DNA of 63,462 nt, counting the filler, from Octopus bimaculoides (lineage: Eukaryota), in assembly GCF_001194135.2 (NCBI RefSeq). It is 7 parts of 7 records of this genome, joined end to end, with 100 filler letters (N's around TTAATTAATTAA, not from the genome) between each part and the next. Parts side by side here need not be neighbours in the genome. Positions count along the whole stretch, not along the records: positions 37,196 to 42,793 come from NC_068986.1; positions 42,894 to 51,594 come from NC_068984.1; positions 51,695 to 61,495 come from NC_068983.1; 4 more parts are not named here. One strand, given 5' to 3'. Position 1 is the stretch's first letter. Every line of letters starts with the position of its first letter. Shown here piece after piece: positions 41,867 to 54,151 of this stretch. A model generated the notes under the pieces. That model had not been told where the DNA came from. It saw only the letters and a list, made by a program, of their open reading frames with translations, and searched no databases. Made by a program: the position numbers and the translations under genes.

Positions 41867-41958
<92 letters not shown>

Positions 41959-42011
41959 GTATCTACTTATCTGTCTGTCTGTCTGTCTGTCTGTCTATGT
42001 ATGTATGTATG

Positions 42012-42104
<93 letters not shown>

Positions 42105-42121
42105 ATCTTATCTGTCCGTCC

Positions 42122-42179
<58 letters not shown>

Positions 42180-42186
42180 GTTACAG

Positions 42187-42282
42187 TGCTGGTATGTTAT
42201 GGACTGCAGACTGTAGACTTTGCAAATTCAAGCGCCGTACACCCAAACATCACATCAACCACCGAACAGTTATTACGTAACG
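42187..42282 (+). CDS. Candidate exon (96 nt, phase 1-1): [32 protein letters not shown]
   Basis: (ctgt)n pyrimidine tract + ttacAG|; donor ACG|GTTAGG; only the phase-1 frame is open; N-glycosylation sequons NSS and NIT. Confidence 0.55.
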
Positions 42283-42368
42283 GTTAGGAACTCGATGTCT
42301 ACAAACGGCGTGTTTGTCATTGTAAAGCAACTGAATTGGAACTCCAATTGATAACTGTGTGTTAATCA

Positions 42369-42436
42369 ACTCGTTATCCATTGAACTATTGAATATCGTA
42401 TCGACTCGTTATCCATTGAACTATTGAATATCGTAT
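42369..42436. repeat. 35-bp-period tandem duplication
   Basis: actcgttatccattgaactattgaatatcgtat at 42369 and 42404. Confidence 0.9.
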
Positions 42437-42760
42437 ATTGATCACCTGAAGATTAAATAAAAACCAGTGCCATGAATCACCATTTGCTGTCTGACCTTGC
42501 TTATAGAAACCAAAAAAATCAATATCACTGTGACCCTGACAGCAATTACTTCTGGTCACGATATTAATATGTGGTATATTAGAATATCACATGGCAATAT
42601 CGTAAACTTTCACGTTCATTGATTACAACAGCCAGCCCTGATACAGCAGCTAGTATCAGTAGTACTACTTAGTCCCGCCTTCTTGCGACACTCTCTGTTA
42701 CCAACAAGGGCGCCAGCCAGCGAACGGGCTTGTAGAACAGCTAGAAACAACAGCCATACT

Positions 42761-42793
<33 letters not shown>

Positions 42794-42893
42794 NNNNNNN
42801 NNNNNNNNNNNNNNNNNNNNNNNNNNNNNNNNNNNNNTTAATTAATTAANNNNNNNNNNNNNNNNNNNNNNNNNNNNNNNNNNNNNNNNNNNN

Positions 42894-42948
<55 letters not shown>

Positions 42949-42954
42949 TAAATC

Positions 42955-43135
42955 TAAACAATGAAGAACAAACAAGGAAAAACAACAACGGGAGGACGTG
43001 GTACAAGTACTGTATTATAAGGAAAGAAAGAGGATTTTACGCTTCGAGCAAAGATCTTCTTCAGAAATAGAGGAAAGTCCAAAAGAAGGGAAGACGGAGG
43101 AAGAAAATTGCCAACGATAAACACGTGGTTACATC
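42955..43135 (-). mobile_element. Penelope terminal repeat (same family as 21390-21560), hammerhead degenerate
   Basis: Reverse complement ctatttCTGAAGAagatctttgctcGAAGCgtaaaat. Confidence 0.6.
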
Positions 43136-43341
43136 TATATATATATGTACACATATGTATATATATTGTATGTATGTATGGCAAAGAAAATATGAAATAT
43201 AAAGAAGTTTTCTAGAAAGCTGTATTCGCAAAAAATACACCAAAATTGTGAAGGTACCTTTTCACTACTGTTCATACGAAAGGATGGGCGATTAGACAGA
43301 TAGCTATCTGGCTGGATAGATAGACAGACAGACAGACAACC

Positions 43342-43392
<51 letters not shown>

Positions 43393-43440
43393 TAGATAGT
43401 TAGATAGATAAATAGATAGATAGATAAATAGATAGATAAC

Positions 43441-43504
<64 letters not shown>

Positions 43505-43796
43505 CAGACAGACACAGAGAGAGAGAGACATTAGTGAAAATCAAAGTATATGACTGTATTTTTAAAGTTTGTTTCTTTGTTTTACTTTTATTGTTTGTTA
43601 CCAATAGTAGCTGTTTTGTTTGTTGTATACTTTAATTAAAATCCTACTCGAAATATGTGGAAGAAATTTTACGATTTCTTTTGTCCAGTTTCCGTGTAAG
43701 CCGCCATTAAAGTCAGAAAAATTTCTAAATGCGATTATCCAGTTGCAGACTTATCCCGTTCCCCGAAATTGCTGGCCTTGCGCCAAATTTTGAAAC

Positions 43797-43841
<45 letters not shown>

Positions 43842-43844
43842 TTT

Positions 43845-44545
43845 CTCAACCTTGGTTTTTAATGTTCCCCATGTCCCTGTAACTACTGGGTTGACGACAG
43901 TCATGCAATCTCATCTTTTAGTGGCCTGTACATCTCAATCTTTTTCAACTCTTTTGTCAGACACTTGTACATCCCCAAGTATGGTAACATCTATGATCTT
44001 GGTTTCCTTTATCATTCAGCCAATACAATAATGTCTCGTCTCCCAGCATCGATCACTGATTCACACTAGTTGTAAAATCTTATACTCATTATTCTCAGTG
44101 ACACCTTGTAGCTTATACTCTTGCCATTTCAATGTCTTTTCAAGACCGTACTTCTGACACAATCTCCATTGAGCATACCTAGTCACGTTATCATGCCTTT
44201 TTTTTGTTATTTCTTTTGAGCTAGATTGCTCCGCTCGCTCACAATATGTGAGACTGTTTCATTTTTGATGCCACACATTCATCTGGGTGTTACATTTACA
44301 CTAAGTATCGTGTTACTATCTCAAACCGTAACAACCAAAAGTTCAATCTACTATTTGACTACCATCCTAGACCGTTTTCCTCTTTGACAACACAACTTTT
44401 GCATCCTATGAACCCGCATCTTCCCTTATTTCTAGACGGTGCAATCTATTAACAGTCATTTTCGCATCACTTTCCTGCACTTTCTATCCATTTCTTAAAG
44501 TTCGTTCTTTGTCCATCTATCAACACCTATGCCATATCGCATTTT
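43845..44545 (-). mobile_element. R4/Dong-clade element 3' fragment with CCHC remnant and RLE endonuclease
   Basis: WTKNEL*EMDRKCRKVM...CGIKNETVSHIVSE...KRHDNV...KETKIIDVTILGD...PVVTGTWG; ends in the (AAT)n tail on the minus strand. Confidence 0.85.
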
Positions 44546-44745
44546 GTAGAATTATTAACACATTAGACGAAATGCTTAGCGGTATTTCGCCTGTCGCTAA
44601 GTTCTGAGTTTAAATTCCACCGAGGTTGACTTTGCCTTTCATCCTTTCGAAGTCGTTAAATTAAATACCAGTGAAAAACTGGGGCCAATGTAATTGACTA
44701 GTATTCTCCCAACAAATTTCAGGCCTTATGCATATAGTAGAAAGG

Positions 44746-44748
<3 letters not shown>
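44545..44748 (+). mobile_element. SINE family B near full-length with long (ATT)n tail (44748-44830)
   Basis: gacgaaatgcttagcggtatttcg...ctgagtttaaattcc...tttgcctttcatcctttcg...gtagaaaggattattatt. Confidence 0.85.
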
Positions 44749-44814
<66 letters not shown>

Positions 44815-45612
44815 GTTATTATTATTGTTATTACGTTGGAAATCTTTATTATTATCATATGTTTTATTTTGCTTTTACTTGTTAAAATAAGTATCAATGA
44901 ATTATTGGAATTCATTTAATCGGTTATACATTTCTAAAATGTATTTCCTTTTACCTAAGTAAGAAATCAGAAGAAATTATTACCATTTTTATTAAAGTGA
45001 TATATTTGAAAATTATGTAACGCATGTATTAAAAATGCATTTAAACTAGGATACCAGAAGGGCTTTTCACTTCATTAAAATTCTAAATGTTGAAGGCATT
45101 TTTCTGTTTTCAACACTGGGTAGCTTTCATGTTTTTATATTATATTATTGCTATTATTGCTAATTAATAAAAAAGAAATTTTAGAAAACAACACTGTTTA
45201 TTTATAAACACGCAGTGGTATATTCTTTAAACGTGTGTCCGGACGTGTTTTTATTTGAAACTTTTCCATTTCAATGTAAATTCTATATTGCATGGGCTTT
45301 TAGTGTACGCACAAGATCGCTGGCATAGTCTACTGCTTACATCGTACTGTTGGGCATCTTTTATCATAAACCTTGGTTTCGTACCAAGCCTTGTCAGTAA
45401 ATTTGTGTGGACGGAAAATGTGCGGAAGTCCATCGAATAAATTCGCAGGGCACTGCAGCCTTCAAAGGTTTAGCGTTGCCTCACTGCTTCGATCTAAGGA
45501 CTGCGTATGTGAAATAGTTTTTCGTATGCGTTAATTTAACGCGTATGTTATTTTGGTTTGTCGGATTATAGAGTTTAGTCCTTTTGGTGGTGTTTTTTTT
45601 TTTTCGTTTTAG

Positions 45613-45651
45613 ACAAGCTTTGGGAAACAAATCCTGTCTCTCCTTTAAAAG
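45613..45651 (+). CDS. Candidate exon (39 nt, phase 1-1): (D)KLWETNPVSPLK
   Basis: Very strong tract ttttttttttcgttttAG|; donor AAG|GTAAAA; open in phase 1. Confidence 0.55.
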
Positions 45652-46299
45652 GTAAAACAATTGAACGTCATCTTAGAAACCTGGGCTTAGTATATCATGC
45701 TTTTCTGCAGGATAGAAAGATTGCATGTAGAAATAAGGTTTTGCAGAATCAATAACTGAGCATTCAATACGTGTTAATTAATATAAGTATATACACGTGT
45801 GTACGTCTATATATGAACTTATATGTGCATGTGTACATGTATGCATGCATGTATGCACATCTGAATATATGGACAATACATATATGGACAATACAATTCG
45901 AAAAGTAGTTAACATAAGAATACGTACGGTGTGCTGAAAGAAAATATATGTTTCATAGTCATCTGTTAAATATCAGATGTCTATTCGAGATTATTTATAT
46001 TTTTAGAGTTTAGACATTGTGGTCTGAGAGCTTTTTTTAATTTTTACGTAGATTTTGCGACTGGCAGCAGCAAGTAAAATAAAGGAAATGAAGGAGGAAG
46101 GCAGGAACAAAGCAAGGGTTTGATAACAAACAAAGACCAGAAATAGCTCAGTATGTAGTGTACTGTTCTTTATTATCAGTTAAGGCGAGACATGGTGGCT
46201 ATCTGAATGTAGTTCCGTGTTGGACATTGATGAATAGTTTACCAAAACTGTGAATAAGAAAGAATTTGGCATCAGCCCTTCATTGATTGGCTAAAATAT

Positions 46300-46355
<56 letters not shown>

Positions 46356-47079
46356 TTTCACTCTCCAAGCTTCTATAACTTCACTTTTTCTCTTCTTCAC
46401 CACAACTCTTATACAGCCTGTCTCTCGTTTGGCCATACGTATGCCTTGACTTCTCTCACACAAGCTACCTCCCCGCTTTTCTCTCTCTCTCTCTCTGTAC
46501 AATGCAGTTTCTGTTAGTCTCCTCCTCTTTCTCTCTGTCTCCAATCATATTTTTCCCTCTCACTATCTCACATTACAACACTACTTCTCTCTGTCTATTC
46601 TCTATATCTTTCTCCCTCAGATACCTTTACTTCTTTCTCTTTCTCCGTCTCTTTTCTCTTTCTTTCCCTTGCTGCAATTCATTATCTCTCAAACACCAAC
46701 ACTCACTCCTTCTTTCTTCCTCTCATTTTCTATATTTCATTCTCACCGTTTCTCTCACTTCTCTCTTTGGACAACAGTCTGTATAAATTCATCTATTCGT
46801 CTTTTCTTCCCAATTTCCCAGCTCGCCTCTATCTCACGCGCACGTACACTCAGACACTCATATACACACGCACACCAACTACATCTCCGTGAATAGTTAG
46901 TGGTTCTGAATATGCTGCTCCTCTCTAAAAAGACTAATGTTATGATCCAAATCCTTCCCTATGTGGCCATCCCATCTTTTTCGTTCAAACATAAAATGTT
47001 CAAAACTACATCATCCAATGTGACATTCCTTTTCATAGATATTTAGATGTGATACACGGCGAAAGCGTAGCTGTGTGGC

Positions 47080-47522
47080 ATAGGTGCCGGTATGGCTATG
47101 TGGATGGCGCAGGCGTGCCTGTGTGGTAAGAAGCTTGCTTTCCAACCACATGGTTCCAGGTTCAGTCTCACTGCGTGGCACCTTGCACATCTATCTTCTA
47201 CTATAGCTTCGAGCCGACCAAAGCCTTATGCGTGGATTTAGTAGATAGAAACTGAAAGTATCCCGTCGTGTGTGTGTGTGTGTATGTGTGTGTGTATACG
47301 TGTGTGTATACGTGTGTGTATGTGTGTGTTTGTGTTTGTCCCCCTATCATTGCTTGACAACCGGTGTTGGTGTGTTTACGTCCCTGTAACACTGATAGAA
47401 TAAGTACTAGGCTTAAAAAATAAGTCTTGGGGTGTTCGACTAAAACCCTTCAATGCAGTGCTCCAGCATGACCGCATCAATCAAATATATGAAACGAGTA
47501 AAAGAATAGAAAAATAAAAGAA
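47080..47522 (+). mobile_element. SINE family A full-length
   Basis: Complete head, body and tail homology with the other family A copies. Confidence 0.85.
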
Positions 47523-47574
47523 TCTAGCTATTTTGCTATGATCTAATTTCCAATATTACTAGCTTCAGTAAGAC

Positions 47575-47765
47575 AGCGAGTGGGCAGATTCGTTACTGAA
47601 CTTAGCGGCATTTCGAGTTCAATTTACGGTCTGAGTTGCAGCACCACTTTGCCTTTCATCCTCTCGGGTTTGATAAATAAGTACCAGTTGAACACTGGGA
47701 TCAATGTAATCGACTTACTCCCTCACCGAAATTGCCGACCTTGTGCCAATAATTGAAATCAATAT
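47575..47765 (+). mobile_element. SINE family B
   Basis: gcgagtgggcagattcgtt...tttgcctttcatcctctcggg...ttgtgccaataattgaaatc. Confidence 0.75.
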
Positions 47766-48004
47766 TACCAGCATCGGCTTCACCTTTCATCTTCCGTGGG
47801 TCGATAAGATAAACATTATTCACTCTGCGAGACAATATACCTACGGGGAATACATGCATATTTTGCATTGTGAAGTGCACTCCTTTTATGATTGACTGAA
47901 GTATAACTAATCACCATTTGGTTATTCAAATACTATACTAACCTGGTTCCTGCACGAAGAGCTGATGAGGTGAACGCCTGGACTATACTTGTCCCTTCAA
48001 CTAT

Positions 48005-48210
48005 CATCTTTTTATCTTTTACTTGTTTCAGTCTTTTAGATTGCGGCCATGTTGGAGCACCGCCTTGAAGAATTTTAGTCAAATGAATCGCCCTCAGTCC
48101 CTTTCTTCTTTTTTTTTAAAATTTGGTACTTATTTTATCCGTTTCCTTTTGCCAAACCTCTAAGTTACGGGGATGTATACACGCCAACACCAGTTGTCAA
48201 GCGCTGGTGT
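48005..48210 (-). mobile_element. SINE family A 3' half
   Basis: gtttcagtc...gcggccatgttggagcaccgccttgaag...aagttacgggg. Confidence 0.8.
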
Positions 48211-48707
48211 AGGTCTGAAGTATTAGGTGAAGATATTAGGAAAAGGTGAAATTAAAAATATCAGTATGAAAAAATATATAAATTCATTGATAAATGTATT
48301 CAGATATATTCTAAAATTAATGCATATATTGGTATTTTGGATTAAAGTAAATATGAAACAAAGATGGGAAATAATAAAGCTAATAAAAAGAATTTAAATA
48401 TAATATGACACATAAAGATGGGAAACAAGTGAATACACCCATTAATGAATAAATATATGTGTGATTAAATTCAAGACAAATTTGCATTGGTGTTTATTCA
48501 CGATGGGAAATATCAGTACAGTTATATTGCATGTGATCACCTATCAAGAAAATTAGATATGTGTAATATTTGCATGTTTCGTGCAGAAGATTGATTCGGA
48601 ACCCAAACAACTGAAGAAAGCCAGCAAGGAGATATGTGCATCTGAAAGACCGTAAGGGGAAACCTTCCGCAAGCAAAGACTACTTCAGTTCTCGTTGTCC
48701 TACTCAG

Positions 48708-48831
48708 GCAAAGCGTACTGGTTAAGGGACGAAATGCTTGTGACTCTGAGAGCCCAGCTGACGATACGGAAGATAGATTTTGAAGAAGAGCTTGCAAGAC
48801 TTCTGAGTAGCTTCTGCAGTTTCTGAGTTGG
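48708..48831 (+). CDS. Candidate exon: (G)KAYWLRDEMLVTLRAQLTIRKIDFEEELARLLSSFCSF then TGA (48824-48826)
   Basis: Acceptor gttctcgttgtcctactcAG|; 39 open codons in phase 1, continuing the upstream exons; donor TGG|GTAAAG 5 nt after the TGA. Confidence 0.45.
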
Positions 48832-50847
48832 GTAAAGCACCTCTCATGTTTGTTTCATCCATATAAGCTAGCAATGATAATATCTTATCCCTTAATAGTA
48901 GAAAGACTACAGGCATGAATGTTACAGAATATATTTCTATATATATAACTTAACAAGTGTAAGTTGAAAGGGATCGGACGTTGTTTCTGGTAGAGTTTCT
49001 AAAACAATAAGTATATTGGTTGTAGCAAAATTTGAAAGTACTGGCAGTCAAACTATAATATAATTCAGTGGGATTGCCTGTTTGCGCCTTGTATTGCTAA
49101 ATTCTAAGTCAAGCAATTAAAGTTCAGATGAAAAAAAATGTTTAATACAACAGAAATTATACGAAGGTTTGTTTCGGTAAAATTTGTTTAGGTTAGAAGC
49201 AATAGCTTGACTAAATTTGGACATAGTAAAGAGATTCTGATGATACTATTCAAAATAACCTTGTGGTTCTTTAATGTAAATTGACATTCTTTAGGATTCA
49301 GAAGGTTCGTTCTGTTCACTACATCCACTTTAGAAGTGATCTTGTGTCCATGACTGCATATTTCCACATTCCGCGATGTGATAAACTTTCGAGCTAAACG
49401 ATTATACTTAGTATTATCAATTTTACATAAATTTCTCGATTTATATTTTTCATTAATTTTTTCAACTGAGTTCAATATACTATTGTGTTTTCTACTTTTC
49501 ATATTTCTTATAAGGGCTAAAATGTGGTCTTTAAAAGATTGTAAGAGCTTATTTATGGTTTGGAGCTAATGTGTTTTAAATACATATATGAAGTTATTTC
49601 TAAAGTTTTCGTTTTGTTCATTGCAATAGAGTGCCCGTCACCTAAGTATTTTAATGAAACTATTTATTTTCTATATATGGTATTTTAAATTGAAGCCACA
49701 TTTGAGAAAACAATATTTCTTTTATATCGATGTCTTCAAAATTTTGGATACATCCCACACTACAGTTTGTTTTCTTAGTGATTACTTATCATTTTTGCTT
49801 GTTCTTTGAGTTACGTTTTTGTTAAAATATAAATATAATTTGTTTATTTAAGTCGTACCTTCAGTTGACTTTACCGATGCTGAATAGCAAAAACCAGGCT
49901 ATTAGCAAGAAAATAAAACTGAATAAACTCAACACGCTTTGTTACAAGCATTTAGATATTATATATATTCTAGATTCCTTGCTCACACGAACAAATTTAT
50001 ATATTATTTGTGCGCGTGCACGTGTGTGTAAACAAAGTTTAAATATGAGTGTATACATACATACATACATACATAAATACATACATACATATATGCATGC
50101 ATATATACATACAAACAGACATACATACATATACATATACAATATACACATACAGTATATATAATATGGATATAAAATACAATTTCTTTAGCAAATATAT
50201 ATGTAAATTTATAAATAATTATACACTTTGTATGTGTATGTTTGTGTATGTGCGTGTGTGTGTGCGTGTGTGTGTGCGTGTGCATGTGTGTATACATGCA
50301 TACACGCATGCACTCATATATGTTTGTACATATATCACTCTGTCAAATCTGTCTTTATAACACTAAGTATGTATATATATATATATATATTAAATATATG
50401 TGTGTACATATGTGTGTATGTGTGTGTGTGTATATATATATATGTGTGTATTATACCATTATACCCACACCCGTAAGTACTGGGTAATAAGAGACATTCG
50501 TTCTCCGCGGGGTAGATCATAATTCATGTTAACGAGCTATTTTCCACCAAAAATGCCCAACAAGTATTCATATAATCTATAAATTATTTGGTGCTGCGAC
50601 TTCATTCTGTATTGTGAAAAAGTAGATGGAGAAAGTTGTTGTACATCTTCTGGTAGAGAATGCTCTGTTTCAAGATGTACATCTTTCTCGGGCCTGCAGT
50701 GTCATCTGAGGTTGAATATAAAAGTAAACGGAACGAAAAATTAGATGACAAACTTTTATATACAGCTGAATAAAAATGTTTCAAGTATTCTCCATAAATG
50801 CCAGCTCTCAGAGGCATACATGGACAATACGTTAAGTTGCCATCAAG

Positions 50848-51272
50848 TACAGGTGTAACTGTGTGATATCAAGTTTGCTTCCCCACCACATAGTTCCGAG
50901 TTCAGTTCCACTGCGTGGTAACTTGGGCAAGTGTCTTCTGCTATAGCTCCGGGCCGACTAAATCTTTGTGAGTGGATTTGGTAAACAGAAACTGAAAGAA
51001 GCTTATCGTAACTATGTGCATGTGTGTGTCTCTGTGTGTGTGCGCGCGCGTATGTATCGGTGTGTGTGTTATTGCGTTTATGTTTGTCCCTCAAAACCGC
51101 TTAACAATCGACGCTGGTTTGTTTATGTCTCCGTAACAGCGTTACGACGAAAAGAGTGATAGAATAAGTGCAACGCTTAAAAAAAAGTACTTGGACGATT
51201 CGTTCGAGTAAAAGCCTTCGAGGTGCTCCATCATGGCCATATTCCAATGATTGAAACAAAGAAAAGATAAAT
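50848..51272 (+). mobile_element. SINE family A, diverged full-length
   Basis: Head, gtggatttggtaaacagaaactgaaagaagc body and ggtgctccatcatggcc tail. Confidence 0.75.
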
Positions 51273-51339
51273 GAATAATATAGGAAAATGTACGATAAAT
51301 AATATAATTTTTCTTCATTGGATATACATTTATCTATGC

Positions 51340-51423
<84 letters not shown>

Positions 51424-51741
51424 CTATGGACGGACGGTAGACGTGTCGGCTCTGTAAGTTTTGCCTTTTTCATGTTTTAAAAAGTTTGTTTGTAAAATTT
51501 ATTTTTTATACAAAGTTGTATAACAACTTGTAGACTCTCTGGTGCAAGTTTTTTGCGACGGAAATCTGCCCTGTGTGGCACATTTCCAGGATATNNNNNN
51601 NNNNNNNNNNNNNNNNNNNNNNNNNNNNNNNNNNNNNNTTAATTAATTAANNNNNNNNNNNNNNNNNNNNNNNNNNNNNNNNNNNNNNNNNNNNTATATA
51701 TATATATATATGTATGTACGTATGTATGTATGTATGTATGT

Positions 51742-52162
51742 ATATGTGGACACAAGACGGCACGAAACGTGTACAACAAAAAGATACGAAACACCAGTAC
51801 ATGGAACACGAACTATTCTTTTGAATAATGAAAGACACAAATGGGAAACAAAACAAGCAACATACAGAACGACCTTTCATCAGTTGTTGGCTGTTTTCTA
51901 GTCTCATATTTCGAGCATTTAACAACAATGTACGCTTTCGATTCAACTGTTTTATCGAAAGCGTATATTGTTGTTAAATGCTCGAAATACGTGACTAGAA
52001 AAACAGCCAATAACTGATGAAGGGTCGTTCTGTATGTTGTTTGTTTTGTTTTCCATTTGTGCCTTTCGTTGTTCGAAAAAATAGTTCGTGTTCTATGTAC
52101 TGGTGTTTCGCATTTTTCTTTTTTGTTGTACACGTTTCTTGACGTCTTTTGCCCACATATGC
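51742..52162. mobile_element. ~420 bp fold-back palindrome (MITE or inverted Penelope terminal repeat)
   Basis: ~200-bp imperfect inverted arms meeting at cgctttcgat-tcaactgtttt-atcgaaagcg (loop 51943-51953); TA-rich flanks. Confidence 0.8.
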
Positions 52163-52409
52163 ATATATATATATAAACGTATAGATGTAAACCACCATAT
52201 CATAACAAACTACAAGAATTGAAAAAGAGAAGAATCGCGAACAAAAACGAGAAGCAACATATAGAAAATGCTGTGGGTTAAAAAATGGGAAACGAGAAAC
52301 GGAAAGCGAAAGCACAAAAACCTGAATGTAGAAAGTAAAATTTAAAAAATGAAAGAGTTATCTTCCTTAGACCTTAAATTATAAAAGCTGGAAAGATATC
52401 AACAAGTTC

Positions 52410-52695
52410 AACAGAAATAGGCAGAATATTCCAACTCTTCAAAAATATATTTATACATATGCTTGCAACCACTGAAAATTCCAGAACTAGAATTCAGTAG
52501 AGAGTAAGGGATCTTAGATCTGAACAAGATCTGCGCTCTTTTAGCTAAACAAAGCCTACATTTGCTCGATCCATTAGTATAAGGTATGGATTTCTCAATT
52601 ATTTTCCGCTTAATTACAAGTGGTGTTTCGTTATCTTTCAAACTCCATACGTAGCTAGCCAACTTAGTAGCTTTGCTTTTGTCCTTGAGAGGAAG
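52410..52695 (-). mobile_element. Second Penelope family: GIY-YIG C-terminal fragment
   Basis: KSKATKLASYVWSLKD...KIIEKSIPYTNGSSKCRLCLA...LLNSSSGIFSGCKH, typical of Penelope endonuclease C-termini. Confidence 0.8.
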
Positions 52696-54075
52696 AGAGT
52701 TGAGCCCATGTGACATAGAGGGGCGAAGAAAGAATAATAATTCTTGTTCACGGCGAAGGCGGGAGTCCGGATGGTCCCTGTGCAAAGACAGTCCGAACAC
52801 AGACAGATGTTGTAGCAAATGACTGATAGAGCGGAAATGGCGTGAGACCGGGGTGTGATTGCCGAGTCTGATGTCTCAGAGGTGTTGCGCGAACCGGTCA
52901 GCCAAGCGGCGTCCCGTTTCACCGATGTACAGGGAAGGACGGAGATACAGTAAATGACGTTACTAGAAATTCAGGTAAAGGAGTCGGTGATGTGATAGGA
53001 ATGATGATGGGTGCCTGTGAGGATGGTAGTGTTGGAGAGGTAGGAGCAGGTATGACAGCGTGGGGGGGAGCAGGGGAACGAGCCAGGCTGGGAGGTGGAG
53101 TTAGGGAAGAAACTGTGGATCAGGAGGTTTGAGGAAGGAAGGGGTAGGCTGGGGAAGATGTGCGAGGTGGAGGGGTCGGACTGGAGTTGTCGGAAGGCTC
53201 GCAGAATAGTGCGTTGGAGGGACATGGTGGAGAGGTGGTAGGTGAGGGGAAACGGGAGACTAGCAACGGCGGGGCAGGTGCGAGGAGAAAGAGAAGAGGC
53301 ACGGTCCACGAATCATGCTCTGGTAAGGACAGTGTGGATAGTGGTGAGGGCATATCCACGTAGGATGAAGTGGAGAGTCATGGATTGAGATTGAGTCTCA
53401 AAGTCATGGTTGTCACCGCAGAGCCTGCACAGATAGAGGAATTGGGAGTAGGGGCTGGAGAGCTTGGAATGGGTAGAGTGGGAGGAGGAAAAGTTAAGGT
53501 AGGAGTGTGAGTCAGTGTGTTGTTTGTAGTAGATGGCGGTAGTGCGAGTGGAATAGTGTATTTTGACAGAAATGTCGAGATATTCGACGGAAGTGTTAGA
53601 GATAGTGCAGGAGAATTCGAGGGCAGGATGGAAGGATTGGACAAAAGAGAGGAAGGAGTCTAGTTGTTCGCGTGAGAGTGAGGTCACACCGATAAATCAT
53701 CGATATAACGACTGTATAGTTCGGGAGTGGAACCAGTGAATTGTGAGAATATTTGTACCTCAACGAAACCAACGAGCAGGTTTGCATAGTTGGGGCCCGT
53801 TTCTGTTCCTATTGCCACTCCCAAGAGATCTGTTGGCAAAAATCCCCCGCGATCGAGAAGCAGTTGGGGGAGAAAACAAGTTCGACCAGACGAAGAAATG
53901 TGGGGGTGTCAGGTTGGGGGTCAGGTCGAAGGTCCAAAAAGTATTTCAGCGCAAGAAGCCCTTCGTTGCGTGGGATCACCGTATGTAAACTTTTGATATC
54001 AAGAGTGAACAGAAATTTAGAAGGGTCAGAAGGGAAGGAGAAAGAGTTAAAGAGACGGAGAGCATGGTTAGTGTC
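52695..54075 (-). mobile_element. Near-complete decayed Penelope element (RT + GIY-YIG)
   Basis: LFTLDIKSLHTVIP; GPNYANLLVGFVE; LYSRYIDD (53697-53708); FHPALEF...YLDI; FPC..PRCHTC; YIGETGRRLADRFAQHLRDI (~52860-52930); several frameshifts. Confidence 0.92.
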
Positions 54076-54078
54076 GTG

Positions 54079-54151
<73 letters not shown>

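Noticed and set aside
47961-47985. CTGATGA-GG...CC hammerhead candidate
   Set aside because: No GAAA after stem II.
48587-48651. Alternative exon (KIDSEPKQLKKASKEICASERP) with a 56-nt intron to 48708
   Set aside because: Needs phase 0, incompatible with the upstream phase-1 exons; the intron is very short. Not excluded without RNA-seq.
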